Assembly (NCBI GenBank): GCA_947599925.1
Contig: CANQFT010000004.1
Location: 59,349 to 123,348 of the forward strand
Reading direction: 5' to 3'
Length of the DNA: 64,000 bases
Origin: an uncultured Oscillospiraceae bacterium
GTDB taxonomy: Bacteria > Bacillota > Clostridia > Oscillospirales > Oscillospiraceae
Below are positions 30,528 through 39,144 of the stretch, in pieces (the stretch's first letter is position 1; the number at the start of each line of letters is the position of its first letter). A program made the translations under genes and the position numbers. The notes beneath the pieces were generated by a model. The model saw nothing but the letters and a program-made list of their open reading frames with translations. It did not search any database and was not told where the DNA came from.

Positions 30528-31961
30528 ATGGACATTCTGGACCTGACCGCTCTGGAACTGGGCCAGGCCATCAAGGCCGGCCAGGTCACCATTCCGGAGG
30601 CGACCCGGACCGCCCTGGAGGTCATCGCCAGGGAAAACCCCAAAAATAACGCCTTCATCACCCTGTGCGCCGACCGGGCCATGGACCGGGCCAAGGCGCT
30701 CCAGGATGGTCTGAGGCCCGACGCGCCGCCGCTCTACGGCGTACCCATGGCGGCAAAGGACAACCTCTGCACCCAGGGCGTAAAGACCACCTGCGCCAGC
30801 AAAATACTGGGGGACTTCACACCCCCGTACAGCGCCACCGCCCTGGAGCGGCTGGACAGCGCGGGCGCCGTACTGCTGGGCAAGGTGAACATGGACGAGT
30901 TCGCCATGGGCTCCACCTCGGAGACCTCTTTCTACGGCCCGGTGAAGAACCCCAGGGACCTGACGCGGGTCCCCGGCGGCTCCAGCGGCGGCGCGGCGGC
31001 GGCGGTGGCGGCCCGGATGGGCTGGTACGCCCTGGGCAGCGACACCGGCGGCTCCATCCGTCAGCCCGGCTCCTACTGCGGCGTCACCGGCATGAAACCC
31101 ACCTACGGCGCCGTGAGCCGCTACGGGCTCATCGCCTACGCCTCCTCTCTGGACCAGATCGGTCCCCTGTGCCGGGACGCCAGGGACTGCGCGGCGGTGC
31201 TGGACGCCATGGCGGGCCGGGACAGGCGGGACTCCACCAGCGTGGACGGCCCCTACGGAAACGTCCTGGCCCAGCTGGACGGCGACCTGCGCGGCGTGCG
31301 GATCGGCCTGCCCAGGGAGTGCTTCGGCCAGGGCCTGGACAGCCAGGTGGAGGCCGCCGTGCGGGAGATGGCCAGGGCCCTGGCGGGCCGGGGCGCGGCG
31401 GTGGAGGAGTTCTCCCTGCCCGTCATGGACTATGTGGTGCCCACCTACTATATCCTGGCCTCCGCCGAGGCCAGTTCCAACCTCTCCCGCTTCGACGGCG
31501 TGAAGTACGGCTGGCGGGCCGAGGGCTACGAGGACCTCACCGACCTCTACGAAAAGACCCGCACCCAGGGCTTCGGCAAGGAGGTCAAGCGGAGGATCCT
31601 GCTGGGCACCTTCGTCCTCTCCTCCGGCTACTTTGACGCTTACTACAAAAAGGCCCTGCAGGTGAAATCGGTCATCGCCGGGGCGTACCGGGACGCCTTT
31701 TCCAAGTACGACCTGCTCCTGACCCCTGTGGCCCCCACCACCGCGCCCAAGCTGGGCCAGAGCCTTCACGACCCCTTGAAGATGTACCTCTCGGACATCT
31801 ACACCGTGCCCGTGAACCTGGCGGGACTGCCCGGCGTCTCGGTGCCCTGCGGCGCGGACCGGGACGGCCTGCCCATCGGCGGACAGCTCATCGGCCCGGC
31901 CATGGGGGACGCCCTGGTGCTCAAGGCCGCCGACGCCTATCAACAGGAGGTGCGCCCATGA
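30528..31961 (+). CDS. gatA: Asp-tRNA(Asn)/Glu-tRNA(Gln) amidotransferase subunit A
   Basis: Amidase signature GGSSGGAAAAVAA...GSDTGGSIRQP. Start at ATG 30528 (GGAAGGAGA RBS). Confidence 0.95.
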   Translation: MDILDLTALELGQAIKAGQVTIPEATRTALEVIARENPKNNAFITLCADRAMDRAKALQDGLRPDAPPLYGVPMAAKDNLCTQGVKTTCASKILGDFTPPYSATALERLDSAGAVLLGKVNMDEFAMGSTSETSFYGPVKNPRDLTRVPGGSSGGAAAAVAARMGWYALGSDTGGSIRQPGSYCGVTGMKPTYGAVSRYGLIAYASSLDQIGPLCRDARDCAAVLDAMAGRDRRDSTSVDGPYGNVLAQLDGDLRGVRIGLPRECFGQGLDSQVEAAVREMARALAGRGAAVEEFSLPVMDYVVPTYYILASAEASSNLSRFDGVKYGWRAEGYEDLTDLYEKTRTQGFGKEVKRRILLGTFVLSSGYFDAYYKKALQVKSVIAGAYRDAFSKYDLLLTPVAPTTAPKLGQSLHDPLKMYLSDIYTVPVNLAGLPGVSVPCGADRDGLPIGGQLIGPAMGDALVLKAADAYQQEVRP

Positions 31962-33394
31962 CCTGGGAAACTGTCATCGGCCTGGAGACCCATGTGGAGT
32001 TGTCCACGGCCACAAAGATCTTTTGCTCCTGCACCACGGAGTTTGGCGGCGCCCCCAACACCCACTGCTGCCCCGTGTGTACCGGTATGCCCGGCACCTT
32101 GCCCACGCTGAACGAAAAGGTGCTGGAGTACGCGGTCAAGGCCAGCCTGGCCCTGGGCTGTACCGTCACCCGCCGAGGCCGCTTTGACCGCAAGAACTAC
32201 TTCTACCCCGACCTGCCCAAAGCCTACCAGATCAGCCAGCTCTACCTGCCCATCGGCCGGGACGGACAGGTGCCCATCACCTGGGGCGACGGGGAGCGCA
32301 AGACCATCGGCATCCACGAGCTCCACATGGAGGAGGACGCGGGCAAGCTGGTCCACGACCCCTGGCAGGACCTGACCCAGTGTGACTACAACCGCTGCGG
32401 CGTCCCCCTCATCGAGATCGTCACCGAGCCCGACTTCCGCAGCGGGGAAGAGGTCATCGCCTATCTGGAAAAACTCCGCTCCACCCTGCAATACCTGGGC
32501 GTGTCCGACTGCAAGATGCAAGAGGGCTCTCTGCGCTGTGACGTGAACCTCTCCGTCCGGCCCGCGGGCACATCGGAACTGGGCACCCGCACGGAGATGA
32601 AGAACCTCAACTCCTTCAAGGCCATTGGCCGGGCCATCGACTACGAGGCCCGCCGCCAGATCGAACGCATCGAAGAGGGCAAGCGGGTGGTCCAGGAGAC
32701 CCGCCGCTGGGACGAGAACAAGGACGCCACCTACTCCATGCGGAGCAAGGAGAACGCCCAGGACTACCGCTACTTCCCCGAGCCCGACATCCCGCCCATC
32801 GAGCTCTCCGACGGGTATCTGGACCATCTGCGCGCCGAGATGCCGGAGCTGGCGGAGGCCAAACAGGCCCGGTACCAGGCGCAGTACGGTCTCTCCGGCT
32901 ACGACGCGCGGATGATGACCGGGGAAAAGGCCCTGGCCGACTTCTTTGAGGACTGCGTGGCCCTGGGCGCCGAGCCCAAGAACGCCTGCAACTGGATCAT
33001 GACCCAGATCCTCCGCAAACTCAAGGAGCTGGGCGCCGAGCCGGGCCGGATGGCCTTCACGCCCCAGAGCCTCTGCCGCTTGCTGGCGCTGGTGAAGGAG
33101 GGGAGCCTCAACCGCAACACGGCGGTGGCCGTCTTTGACGCGGTGTTTGAGACCAACGGGGACATCAACGAGTATGTAAAGGCCAACGGCTTGTCACAGG
33201 TCCGGGACACCGGCCTCATCGAATCGGTGGTCTCCCAGGTGATCGGGGACAATCCCCAGTCGGTCTCCGACCTGAAAGCCGGAAAGGAAAAAGCCTTTGG
33301 ATTCCTTGTGGGACAGTGCATGAAGGTCCTCAAGGGCCAGGGCGACCCCAAGCTGGTCAACCAGCTGTTGCGGGAAAAACTGGAGAAGCTGTAA
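31958..33394 (+). CDS. gatB: Asp-tRNA(Asn)/Glu-tRNA(Gln) amidotransferase subunit B
   Basis: 478 aa. ETVIGLETHVEL.T.TKIFC, DRKNYFYPDLPK.YQISQ, and a C-terminal YqeY-like tail. Confidence 0.96.
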   Translation: MTWETVIGLETHVELSTATKIFCSCTTEFGGAPNTHCCPVCTGMPGTLPTLNEKVLEYAVKASLALGCTVTRRGRFDRKNYFYPDLPKAYQISQLYLPIGRDGQVPITWGDGERKTIGIHELHMEEDAGKLVHDPWQDLTQCDYNRCGVPLIEIVTEPDFRSGEEVIAYLEKLRSTLQYLGVSDCKMQEGSLRCDVNLSVRPAGTSELGTRTEMKNLNSFKAIGRAIDYEARRQIERIEEGKRVVQETRRWDENKDATYSMRSKENAQDYRYFPEPDIPPIELSDGYLDHLRAEMPELAEAKQARYQAQYGLSGYDARMMTGEKALADFFEDCVALGAEPKNACNWIMTQILRKLKELGAEPGRMAFTPQSLCRLLALVKEGSLNRNTAVAVFDAVFETNGDINEYVKANGLSQVRDTGLIESVVSQVIGDNPQSVSDLKAGKEKAFGFLVGQCMKVLKGQGDPKLVNQLLREKLEKL

Positions 33395-33412
33395 AGGGAA
33401 AAGACTTCACAC

Positions 33413-33461
33413 AAAAAAGGCGCTCTCCCAGCCGTCGCCGGCGCCGGGAGAGCGCCTTTTC
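33413..33461. terminator. Bidirectional terminator between gatB and sfsA
   Basis: AAAAAAGGCGCTCTCCC-loop-GGGAGAGCGCCTTTT. Confidence 0.8.
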
Positions 33462-33512
33462 TCGCGGTCTTTCACGCGCCGCATCTGTCTGAACCACCTT
33501 TTCCGGCCCCAC

Positions 33513-34190
33513 TCAGAGCCGCAGAGGTACCCTGGCGTTCATCCGCAGGCTGTCCGGCGTCACCGCGCAGTCGTAGGCCCAGACCTCCACGCCCACCTCG
33601 GCGGCCTGGCGCAGAGCTTGACCGAAGGCGGGATGGGTGGCGTCGTTGGGGGAGAAGAAGGCCACGTCCTCCATCTGAATGACAAAGCACACCGCCGCGC
33701 GGTAGCCCTGGGCGTGGGCGGCGGCCAACTCCTGGAGGTGCTTGACGCCCCGCTGGGTGGGCGCGTCAGGGAAAAAGGCCCCGCCGTCCGCCTCCAGCGT
33801 CACCCCTTTGACCTCCACAAAGCCCTTCTCATCCTCCGACTCCCAGTAAAAATCGAACCGGGACGAGCCCCATGGGGTCTCTGGCCGCAGCAGCCGCAGA
33901 CCGGCCAGCCCGCCGTCGCGGGCCCACTCCCCAAAGACCCTGTTGGGGGCCTGGGCATCCATGTTGATCAGCCGTCGGCCCTTCTGGACGGCCACCAGAT
34001 CGAACCGGGTCTTGCGCCCGGCGTTCTGCCCCTGGGCCAGCCAGACCTGGGCGCCGGGGACCAGCAGCTCCCTGCACCTGCCCGTGTTCTTCACATGGAC
34101 CGTCTCCTCCCGTCCCTCCAACTCCACTTGGGCGATGAACCGGTTGGGGCGGCAGAGGAACCGGGCGGGGTACACCTGTGGATAGCGCAT
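33513..34190 (-). CDS. sfsA: Sugar fermentation stimulation protein SfsA (nuclease-fold DNA-binding protein)
   Basis: MRYPQVYPARFLCRPNRFIAQVEL...VHV.NTGR..ELL...D...E.V.VKGVTL...A.FPDAPT.RG.KHL..L. Start at ATG 34190 (AAGGAGGGTG RBS). Confidence 0.88.
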   Translation of the reverse strand: MRYPQVYPARFLCRPNRFIAQVELEGREETVHVKNTGRCRELLVPGAQVWLAQGQNAGRKTRFDLVAVQKGRRLINMDAQAPNRVFGEWARDGGLAGLRLLRPETPWGSSRFDFYWESEDEKGFVEVKGVTLEADGGAFFPDAPTQRGVKHLQELAAAHAQGYRAAVCFVIQMEDVAFFSPNDATHPAFGQALRQAAEVGVEVWAYDCAVTPDSLRMNARVPLRL

Positions 34191-34283
34191 GGGCTCACCC
34201 TCCTTTTTTGGTAGTCTACCAGCTTTTGGCCCGCCTGTCCAGAAGTTACGGGATCGGCCGGGGCAAAGCCCCCGCCACACAGC

Positions 34284-34317
34284 AAAAAACACAGCCCCAA
34301 ACCAGGCTGTGTTTTTT
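34284..34317 (-). terminator. Terminator after tRNA-Cys (end of the tRNA operon)
   Basis: AAAAAACACAGCC-loop-GGCTGTGTTTTTT, with symmetric A- and T-runs. Confidence 0.75.
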
Positions 34318-34318
34318 A

Positions 34319-34392
34319 TGGAGGCGACACCCAGACTCGAACTGGGGGTGGAGCTTTTGCAGAGCTCTGCCTTACCACTTGGCTATGTCGCC
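34319..34392 (-). tRNA. tRNA-Cys (GCA)
   Basis: Minus-strand GGCGACATAGCCAAGTGGTAAGGCAGAGCTCTGCAAAAGCTCCACCCCCAGTTCGAGTCTGGGTGTCGCCTCCA folds as a cloverleaf with anticodon loop CUGCAAA. CCA is encoded. Confidence 0.93.
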
Positions 34393-34456
34393 ATATTCCC
34401 ATTGTACGCGGCGGGGGAGAAAAGGGTTCCCGCGGGCTTTTGTGCGGGAGAAGAAT

Positions 34457-34485
34457 TGGAGCGGGTGACGAGGCTCGAACTCGCT
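34457..34485 (-). pseudogene. Orphan 3' fragment of tRNA-Gly (T-arm 3' half + acceptor + CCA)
   Basis: tggagcgggtgacgaggctcgaactcgct is identical to 34630-34658 of the intact tRNA-Gly gene. No matching 5' acceptor strand (gcgggtg) lies upstream. Confidence 0.8.
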
Positions 34486-34536
34486 TCCGCGCCCCGTCCG
34501 GCCAGCCGGCCGGGGACCCCGCGCCTCTCGATCAGG

Positions 34537-34560
34537 AAAAACGCGGCACACCGCGTTTTT
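34537..34560. terminator. Short symmetric terminator-like hairpin inside the tRNA-Gly/tRNA-Cys spacer
   Basis: AAAAACGCGG-CACA-CCGCGTTTTT. Confidence 0.45.
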
Positions 34561-34629
34561 AGGTGGAGGCAGCGAGTTCAGCTACTACGGAAAACCTGCC
34601 TACCAGGAACGGGTGACGAGGGAAAGAAC

Positions 34630-34705
34630 TGGAGCGGGTGACGAGGCTCGAACTCGCTACCTCCACCTTGGCAAGGTGGCGCTCTACCAGATGAGCTACA
34701 CCCGC
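34630..34705 (-). tRNA. tRNA-Gly (GCC)
   Basis: Minus-strand GCGGGTGTAGCTCATCTGGTAGAGCGCCACCTTGCCAAGGTGGAGGTAGCGAGTTCGAGCCTCGTCACCCGCTCCA. Anticodon loop UUGCCAA. Confidence 0.93.
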
Positions 34706-34777
34706 GTCATGCCATATGGGCGATGGGCCCTAGGGGGGAAACTGCGTTGGATGGGCTGGCCCACCCAACGCAGTTTC

Positions 34778-34853
<76 letters not shown>

Positions 34854-34856
34854 AAA

Positions 34857-34933
<77 letters not shown>

Positions 34934-34936
34934 ATC

Positions 34937-35013
34937 TGGTGGGAACAACAGGGCTCGAACCTGTGACCTCATGCTTGTAAGGCACGCGCTCTAGCCAGCT
35001 GAGCTATGCTCCC
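34937..35013 (-). tRNA. tRNA-Val (TAC)
   Basis: Minus-strand GGGAGCATAGCTCAGCTGGCTAGAGCGCGTGCCTTACAAGCATGAGGTCACAGGTTCGAGCCCTGTTGTTCCCACCA. Anticodon loop CUUACAA. Confidence 0.93.
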
Positions 35014-35044
35014 CTGTTGCGTCATCATTCAAACGGCGTCTGCT

Positions 35045-35073
35045 ATTATACTAAAATCCCCGGAACTTGTCAA
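35045..35073 (-). promoter_or_regulatory. Consensus sigma-A promoter of the tRNA operon
   Basis: Minus strand TTGACA (35073-35068), 17 nt, TATAAT (35050-35045), about 30 nt upstream of tRNA-Val. Confidence 0.65.
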
Positions 35074-35134
35074 CACCTTTTCCAAACTTTCCTCCCAAAT
35101 CTGGATTTTCTCCTCTGAGCCCCGCTTTTTGCGG

Positions 35135-35163
35135 TTGACGGATGGGATGGGCGGTGGTATTAT
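35135..35163 (+). promoter_or_regulatory. Sigma-A type promoter of the CDP-alcohol phosphatidyltransferase gene
   Basis: TTGACG (35135-35140), 17 nt, TATTAT (35158-35163). Confidence 0.5.
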
Positions 35164-35209
35164 TATTGTAACGCTCAAAATCCAGCAGGGGAGAAGGGAC
35201 ACGCAGACC

Positions 35210-35794
35210 ATGAAAAAACTCACGCCAGCAAACTGCCTGACCGGGCTCCGGCTGCTGGGTGCCGTCGTCCTGATCTTCCTCGCGCCCCTGTCCGTCCCCT
35301 TCTACGTTGTCTATTCCCTCTGTGGCCTCAGCGACGCCCTGGATGGCCCCGTGGCCCGGACCACGGGCACCGCCGGCGACTTTGGCGCCCGGCTGGACAG
35401 CGCGGCGGATATGCTCTTCTACACCGTCATGGTCCTGCGCCTGATCCCCATCGTCTGGCGGGAAAAGATCCTGCAGGACTGGTGCTGGTGGTGGGCCGTG
35501 GGGATCCTGGTGTTCCGGATCGGCATCTACCTCTTCGCCCTTGTGAAATTTGGCCGCTTCCCCACGCTCCACACCATGCTCAACAAGATCAGCGGCTTTC
35601 TGATCTTTGGCTCGGCCTACATCATCCGCACCCCCATCGCCGTGGCCTACTTCGCCGTGTTCTGCGCGGTGGCTACCCTGGCGGGGATCGAGGAGCTCAC
35701 CATCCACCTCTATAACCGCAAATACGGCGGCGAGTGCATCTCCCTTTGGTGGCTGCTGCGCGCCACTTACCAAAACCGCAAGGACAACAAATAA
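35210..35794 (+). CDS. CDP-alcohol phosphatidyltransferase family protein (PgsA-like)
   Basis: Signature DALDGPVARTTGTAGDFGARLDSAAD (D-x2-DG-x2-AR-x8-G-x3-D-x3-D), about 5 TM segments. Start at ATG 35210 (MKKLTPAN). Confidence 0.85.
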   Translation: MKKLTPANCLTGLRLLGAVVLIFLAPLSVPFYVVYSLCGLSDALDGPVARTTGTAGDFGARLDSAADMLFYTVMVLRLIPIVWREKILQDWCWWWAVGILVFRIGIYLFALVKFGRFPTLHTMLNKISGFLIFGSAYIIRTPIAVAYFAVFCAVATLAGIEELTIHLYNRKYGGECISLWWLLRATYQNRKDNK

Positions 35795-35812
35795 GCGGCC
35801 TGCGGCCCATGC

Positions 35813-35850
35813 AAAAAAGCCTGGCGGGACATATCCCGCCGGGCTTTTTT
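35813..35850. terminator. Bidirectional terminator between the phosphatidyltransferase gene and the ABC ATPase gene
   Basis: AAAAAAGCCTGGCGGGA-CATA-TCCCGCCGGGCTTTTTT. Confidence 0.8.
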
Positions 35851-35865
35851 GGCGCGCCGCGACCC

Positions 35866-36651
35866 TCAGGAGAGCAGGATGCGGTCGTTGTCCAGGGTCT
35901 TACCGGCCCGCTGTCTGAACTGGTCCAGCAGGTCGTTTACCGTCATGCTCCTCCGCCGCTCTCCGGCCACATCCAGCACGATGCGGCCCGAATCCATCAT
36001 CAGCGTGCGGTTGCCCAGTTCCAGAGCCTGGTGCATATTGTGTGTGACCATCAGCGTGGTGATCTTGTGCTGGTCCACCACGTCGCGGGTGATCTCCAGC
36101 ACCTTTTCCGCCGTGGCCGGGTCCAGCGCCGCCGTGTGCTCGTCCAGCAGCAGCAGTTTTGGGGGACAGAACGTGGCCATCAGCAGGGTCAGCGCCTGCC
36201 GCTGCCCGCCGGAGAGAAGGCCCACCGGCTGGCGCATCCGGTCCTCCAGCCCCATGTCCAGCAGGGCCAGCTTCTCCCGGAACACGGCCCGGTCTGCCCT
36301 GGTGATCCGGCTGAGCCAACCGCCCCGGCCGGAGGCCATGGACAGGTTCTCCTCAATGGTCATGTGGGGGGCGCTGCCCCGCATGGGGTCCTGAAACAGC
36401 CGGCCAATGGACTTGGAGCGCTTGTGGGAGGGCAAAAAGGTGATGTCATGGCCGTCCAGGACGATGGAGCCCTCGTCGGCCATAAAGTCCCCGGCGATGG
36501 CGTTGAAGAGGGTGGACTTGCCCGCGCCGTTGGAGCCGATGATGGTGACGAAGTCGCCGGGCTCCAGATGGAGGGACAGGTCGGTCAGGGCCTTTTTTTC
36601 GTTCACCGTGCCGGGGTTGAAGGACTTGGAGATGTGGGAGATGTCCAGCAT
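35866..36651 (-). CDS. ABC transporter ATP-binding protein (COG1101-type, partner of BMP-like/COG2984 binding proteins)
   Basis: Walker A GSNGAGKST, signature LSGGQRQALTLLMA, Walker B LLLLDEHTAALDP. Confidence 0.92.
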   Translation of the reverse strand: MLDISHISKSFNPGTVNEKKALTDLSLHLEPGDFVTIIGSNGAGKSTLFNAIAGDFMADEGSIVLDGHDITFLPSHKRSKSIGRLFQDPMRGSAPHMTIEENLSMASGRGGWLSRITRADRAVFREKLALLDMGLEDRMRQPVGLLSGGQRQALTLLMATFCPPKLLLLDEHTAALDPATAEKVLEITRDVVDQHKITTLMVTHNMHQALELGNRTLMMDSGRIVLDVAGERRRSMTVNDLLDQFRQRAGKTLDNDRILLS

Positions 36652-36652
36652 C

Positions 36653-37579
36653 TCAGCCCACCTCCTTTCCCGCCGGGGACCGGTGGGCCAGCCGCCGCTT
36701 CAACATGGGCCACTGGGACTTGAAATAGGGGATGGACAGGGCCAGCACCACGATCACCGAGGACACCAGCTTGAGCATGAAGGCGGGCATATGCAGCCGC
36801 AGGGCGATGGCGTACACCAGCCGGAAGAGGAACGCGCCCAGCACCATCCCCAGGGCCCGCAGGGCGATGGGGCCGCGGCCCAGCAGGGTGGCCCCGATGA
36901 GCAGGGAGGCCAGGGCGATGGTGACAACGCCCTGCCCGATGCTGGCCACGTCCACCGACTTCTGCATCTGCCCCAGCAGACAGCCCGACAGCCCGGTAAA
37001 GGCGTTGGCCACGCACAACCCAATGATGGTGGTGAAAGAGGGGTTGATGGAGGAGGAGCTGACCATGTCCGGGTTGTCCCCGGTGGCCCGGATGGCAAGG
37101 CCCAACTTGGTGTTCAAAAAGAGGGCCAAAAAGAGGATGACCAGCGCCGCGGCCACCGCCCCCACCAAAATGTCCGACCATCCGGCCAGAGGCGTACCGG
37201 CCAGCAGGTCCCTGGCCGCGGTAAAGACCGTATCGGTCTTGTTCATGTTCATCAGTGGCGAGCCGTCCAGCACCGCCACATTCACCGAGTAGAGCCCCGT
37301 ATTCACGATGATACCCGCCAGCAGACTGTTGATGCCCATTTTGGTCTGGAGCAGGGCGGTGACGAAGCCGGAGCATACCCCGGCGGCCATGGCCGCCGGC
37401 AGGGACAGGTAGGGGTGGCCGGACACCGCCACCACCGCGCCCACCGTGGCGCCCAGGGTGAAGCAGCCGTCGGTGGACAGGTCGCAGACGTTGAGCATCG
37501 AGTAGCTCAAAAACAGGGCCAGCACTGTCAGGGAGTAGATCAGTCCCAGTTCCAGGGCTGTGGTGGCGACAGTGAGCAT
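36653..37579 (-). CDS. ABC transporter permease (COG4120-type)
   Basis: 308 aa, polytopic. Lies immediately upstream of the ATPase with a 1-nt gap. Confidence 0.88.
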   Translation of the reverse strand: MLTVATTALELGLIYSLTVLALFLSYSMLNVCDLSTDGCFTLGATVGAVVAVSGHPYLSLPAAMAAGVCSGFVTALLQTKMGINSLLAGIIVNTGLYSVNVAVLDGSPLMNMNKTDTVFTAARDLLAGTPLAGWSDILVGAVAAALVILFLALFLNTKLGLAIRATGDNPDMVSSSSINPSFTTIIGLCVANAFTGLSGCLLGQMQKSVDVASIGQGVVTIALASLLIGATLLGRGPIALRALGMVLGAFLFRLVYAIALRLHMPAFMLKLVSSVIVVLALSIPYFKSQWPMLKRRLAHRSPAGKEVG

Positions 37580-37651
37580 ACAGCGTCCTCCTCGCAGAAA
37601 ATTGGCGGGGGATAGGGACCCGCGCCCCTATCCCCCATCAGTGTGTTCCGT

Positions 37652-38773
37652 TCAGCCGGCAATATCCCCGAATTCCTCGGCGGTGGTGATCAACTGCACC
37701 TTGGTGCAGAAGGGCTCGAAGGCGGTCTGCACGGTCTCCAGATCAAAGCCCAGGGCGGCGCAGGTCTCGGTGTTGATGGTGGCGGTGCCGTTGTCAAAGG
37801 TCATCACAGGGGTGGTGGCGGGGTCGGCCCCGTCCACCAGGATCTTGGCCACCATATTGGCGGTCTCCACGCCCAGGTTGGCGTAGTCCACGCCAAAGCC
37901 CAGGAACGCGCCGTTGAGGGCGAAGGAGTCGGCCCCGGTGTAGTGGGGGATGCCGGCCTCGGCCAGCGTCTCATAGATGGACAGCTCGGCGGTCATGATG
38001 CTGTTGTCGGAGGGGGTGAAGATGGCGTCCACACCGTCCGCCACCAGGGCGTCGGCGGCCAGCATGATGTCGGCCACGGTGGAGCCGTTGCGCTCCACAT
38101 ACTCCACGCCCTTGTCGTCCAGGAACTTCTTGGCGTCGGCGATGGCAGTGGTGGAGGAGTCCTGACCCAGATCGTAGAGGAAGCCGATCTTGTCCGCGTC
38201 AGGATCGGCGGCGAAGATCAGGTTCATCACGGCGTTGGTGTTCAGATAGTCGCTGGTGCCGGTGATGTTGCCGCCGGGGACCTCGACGGAGTCCACCAGC
38301 TCCGCCCCCACGGGGTCAGACACAGCGGAGAACACCACGGGGATGCCGTTCTCCTCGGTGGCGGCCTGCATCGCCATGGCCACGGGGGTGGCCACGCCCA
38401 CCATCAGATCCACATCGTCCGCGATAAAGTTGGAGATGATCTGGTTCAAAACAGCGGCGTCGGCGTTGCAGTTGTCGTAGCTCACCTCAAAGTTGACGCC
38501 GCGCTCCTGGCCGATGGCGGTCAGCTGGGCCTGGATGTTCTCCACGATCTGGTTCAGCGACGCGTCGTCTACGTAGTTGCAGATGCCCACTTTATAGGTG
38601 GCGCCGGCGGCGGGGGTCTCTTCGGGGGCGTCGGTGGCGACGACGTCGCCGTCGGTGGCGGGGGTGTCGTCAGCGGCGGGCTCGGATCCGCCGCCGCAGG
38701 CGGCCAGGGAGAGGGCCAGGGACGCGCCCAGGACCAGGGCCAGGAACTTCTTGACGATGTTGCGGTTTTTCAT
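37652..38773 (-). CDS. ABC transporter substrate-binding lipoprotein (COG2984 / ABC_sub_bind family)
   Basis: Lipobox LSLAACGGG, a low-complexity linker, then YKVGICNYVDDASLNQI...VGVATPVA...FSAVSDPV, typical of this family. Confidence 0.88.
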   Translation of the reverse strand: MKNRNIVKKFLALVLGASLALSLAACGGGSEPAADDTPATDGDVVATDAPEETPAAGATYKVGICNYVDDASLNQIVENIQAQLTAIGQERGVNFEVSYDNCNADAAVLNQIISNFIADDVDLMVGVATPVAMAMQAATEENGIPVVFSAVSDPVGAELVDSVEVPGGNITGTSDYLNTNAVMNLIFAADPDADKIGFLYDLGQDSSTTAIADAKKFLDDKGVEYVERNGSTVADIMLAADALVADGVDAIFTPSDNSIMTAELSIYETLAEAGIPHYTGADSFALNGAFLGFGVDYANLGVETANMVAKILVDGADPATTPVMTFDNGTATINTETCAALGFDLETVQTAFEPFCTKVQLITTAEEFGDIAG

Positions 38774-38845
38774 GTTTGCTTACCTCCAATGATTTGTGAT
38801 TTGGGCGGCAGATGGAGGGCGAAACTTTGCCGGAGTTAGGCCGAA

Positions 38846-39140
38846 GAAAACAAAAGCGCCCTTGCCCCGCATGGGACAAAAGCGTTTGCTTCTGCGATAC
38901 CACCCAAATTGACGCCTCGCGGCGTCCACTCGCTTTCACATACCACCATATGTGACCCTGTGCTCTAACGGGAGGGACCCGTCGGGAACTACTGGGCGGG
39001 AACACCCGCCGTTCAGCCCGCCCTCGGAAGGCCATTCCCCAGCAGCCTCGCGTCCCGCTCGCACCCTCCGGGACTCGCTACGGCTCAGCTGACGCTGGGT
39101 ACTTTACTTCCTCATCGGTTTAACGTGATGAAATTGTTAC
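38846..39140 (-). promoter_or_regulatory. T-box riboswitch leader with UGG (Trp) specifier, controlling the ABC importer
   Basis: Minus-strand sense. GAUGA K-turn. Stem GGAAG/CUUCC and stem CCCAGC/GCUGGG enclose a specifier loop GAA-UGG-C (UGG at 39034-39032). T-box sequence UUUGGGUGGUAUCGCAG (38908-38892). Terminator followed by UUUUGUUUU (about 38846-38886). Confidence 0.85.
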
Positions 39141-39144
39141 CCGC

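Noticed and set aside
34457-34530. Possibility that the second tggagcgggtgacgaggctcgaac copy is an additional tRNA (e.g. long-arm, Sec, or intron-containing)
   Set aside because: The upstream minus-strand sequence lacks the complementary 5' acceptor strand (gcgggtg) and any D-arm or anticodon arm. Only the T-arm 3' half and acceptor end are present, so it is treated as a fragment.
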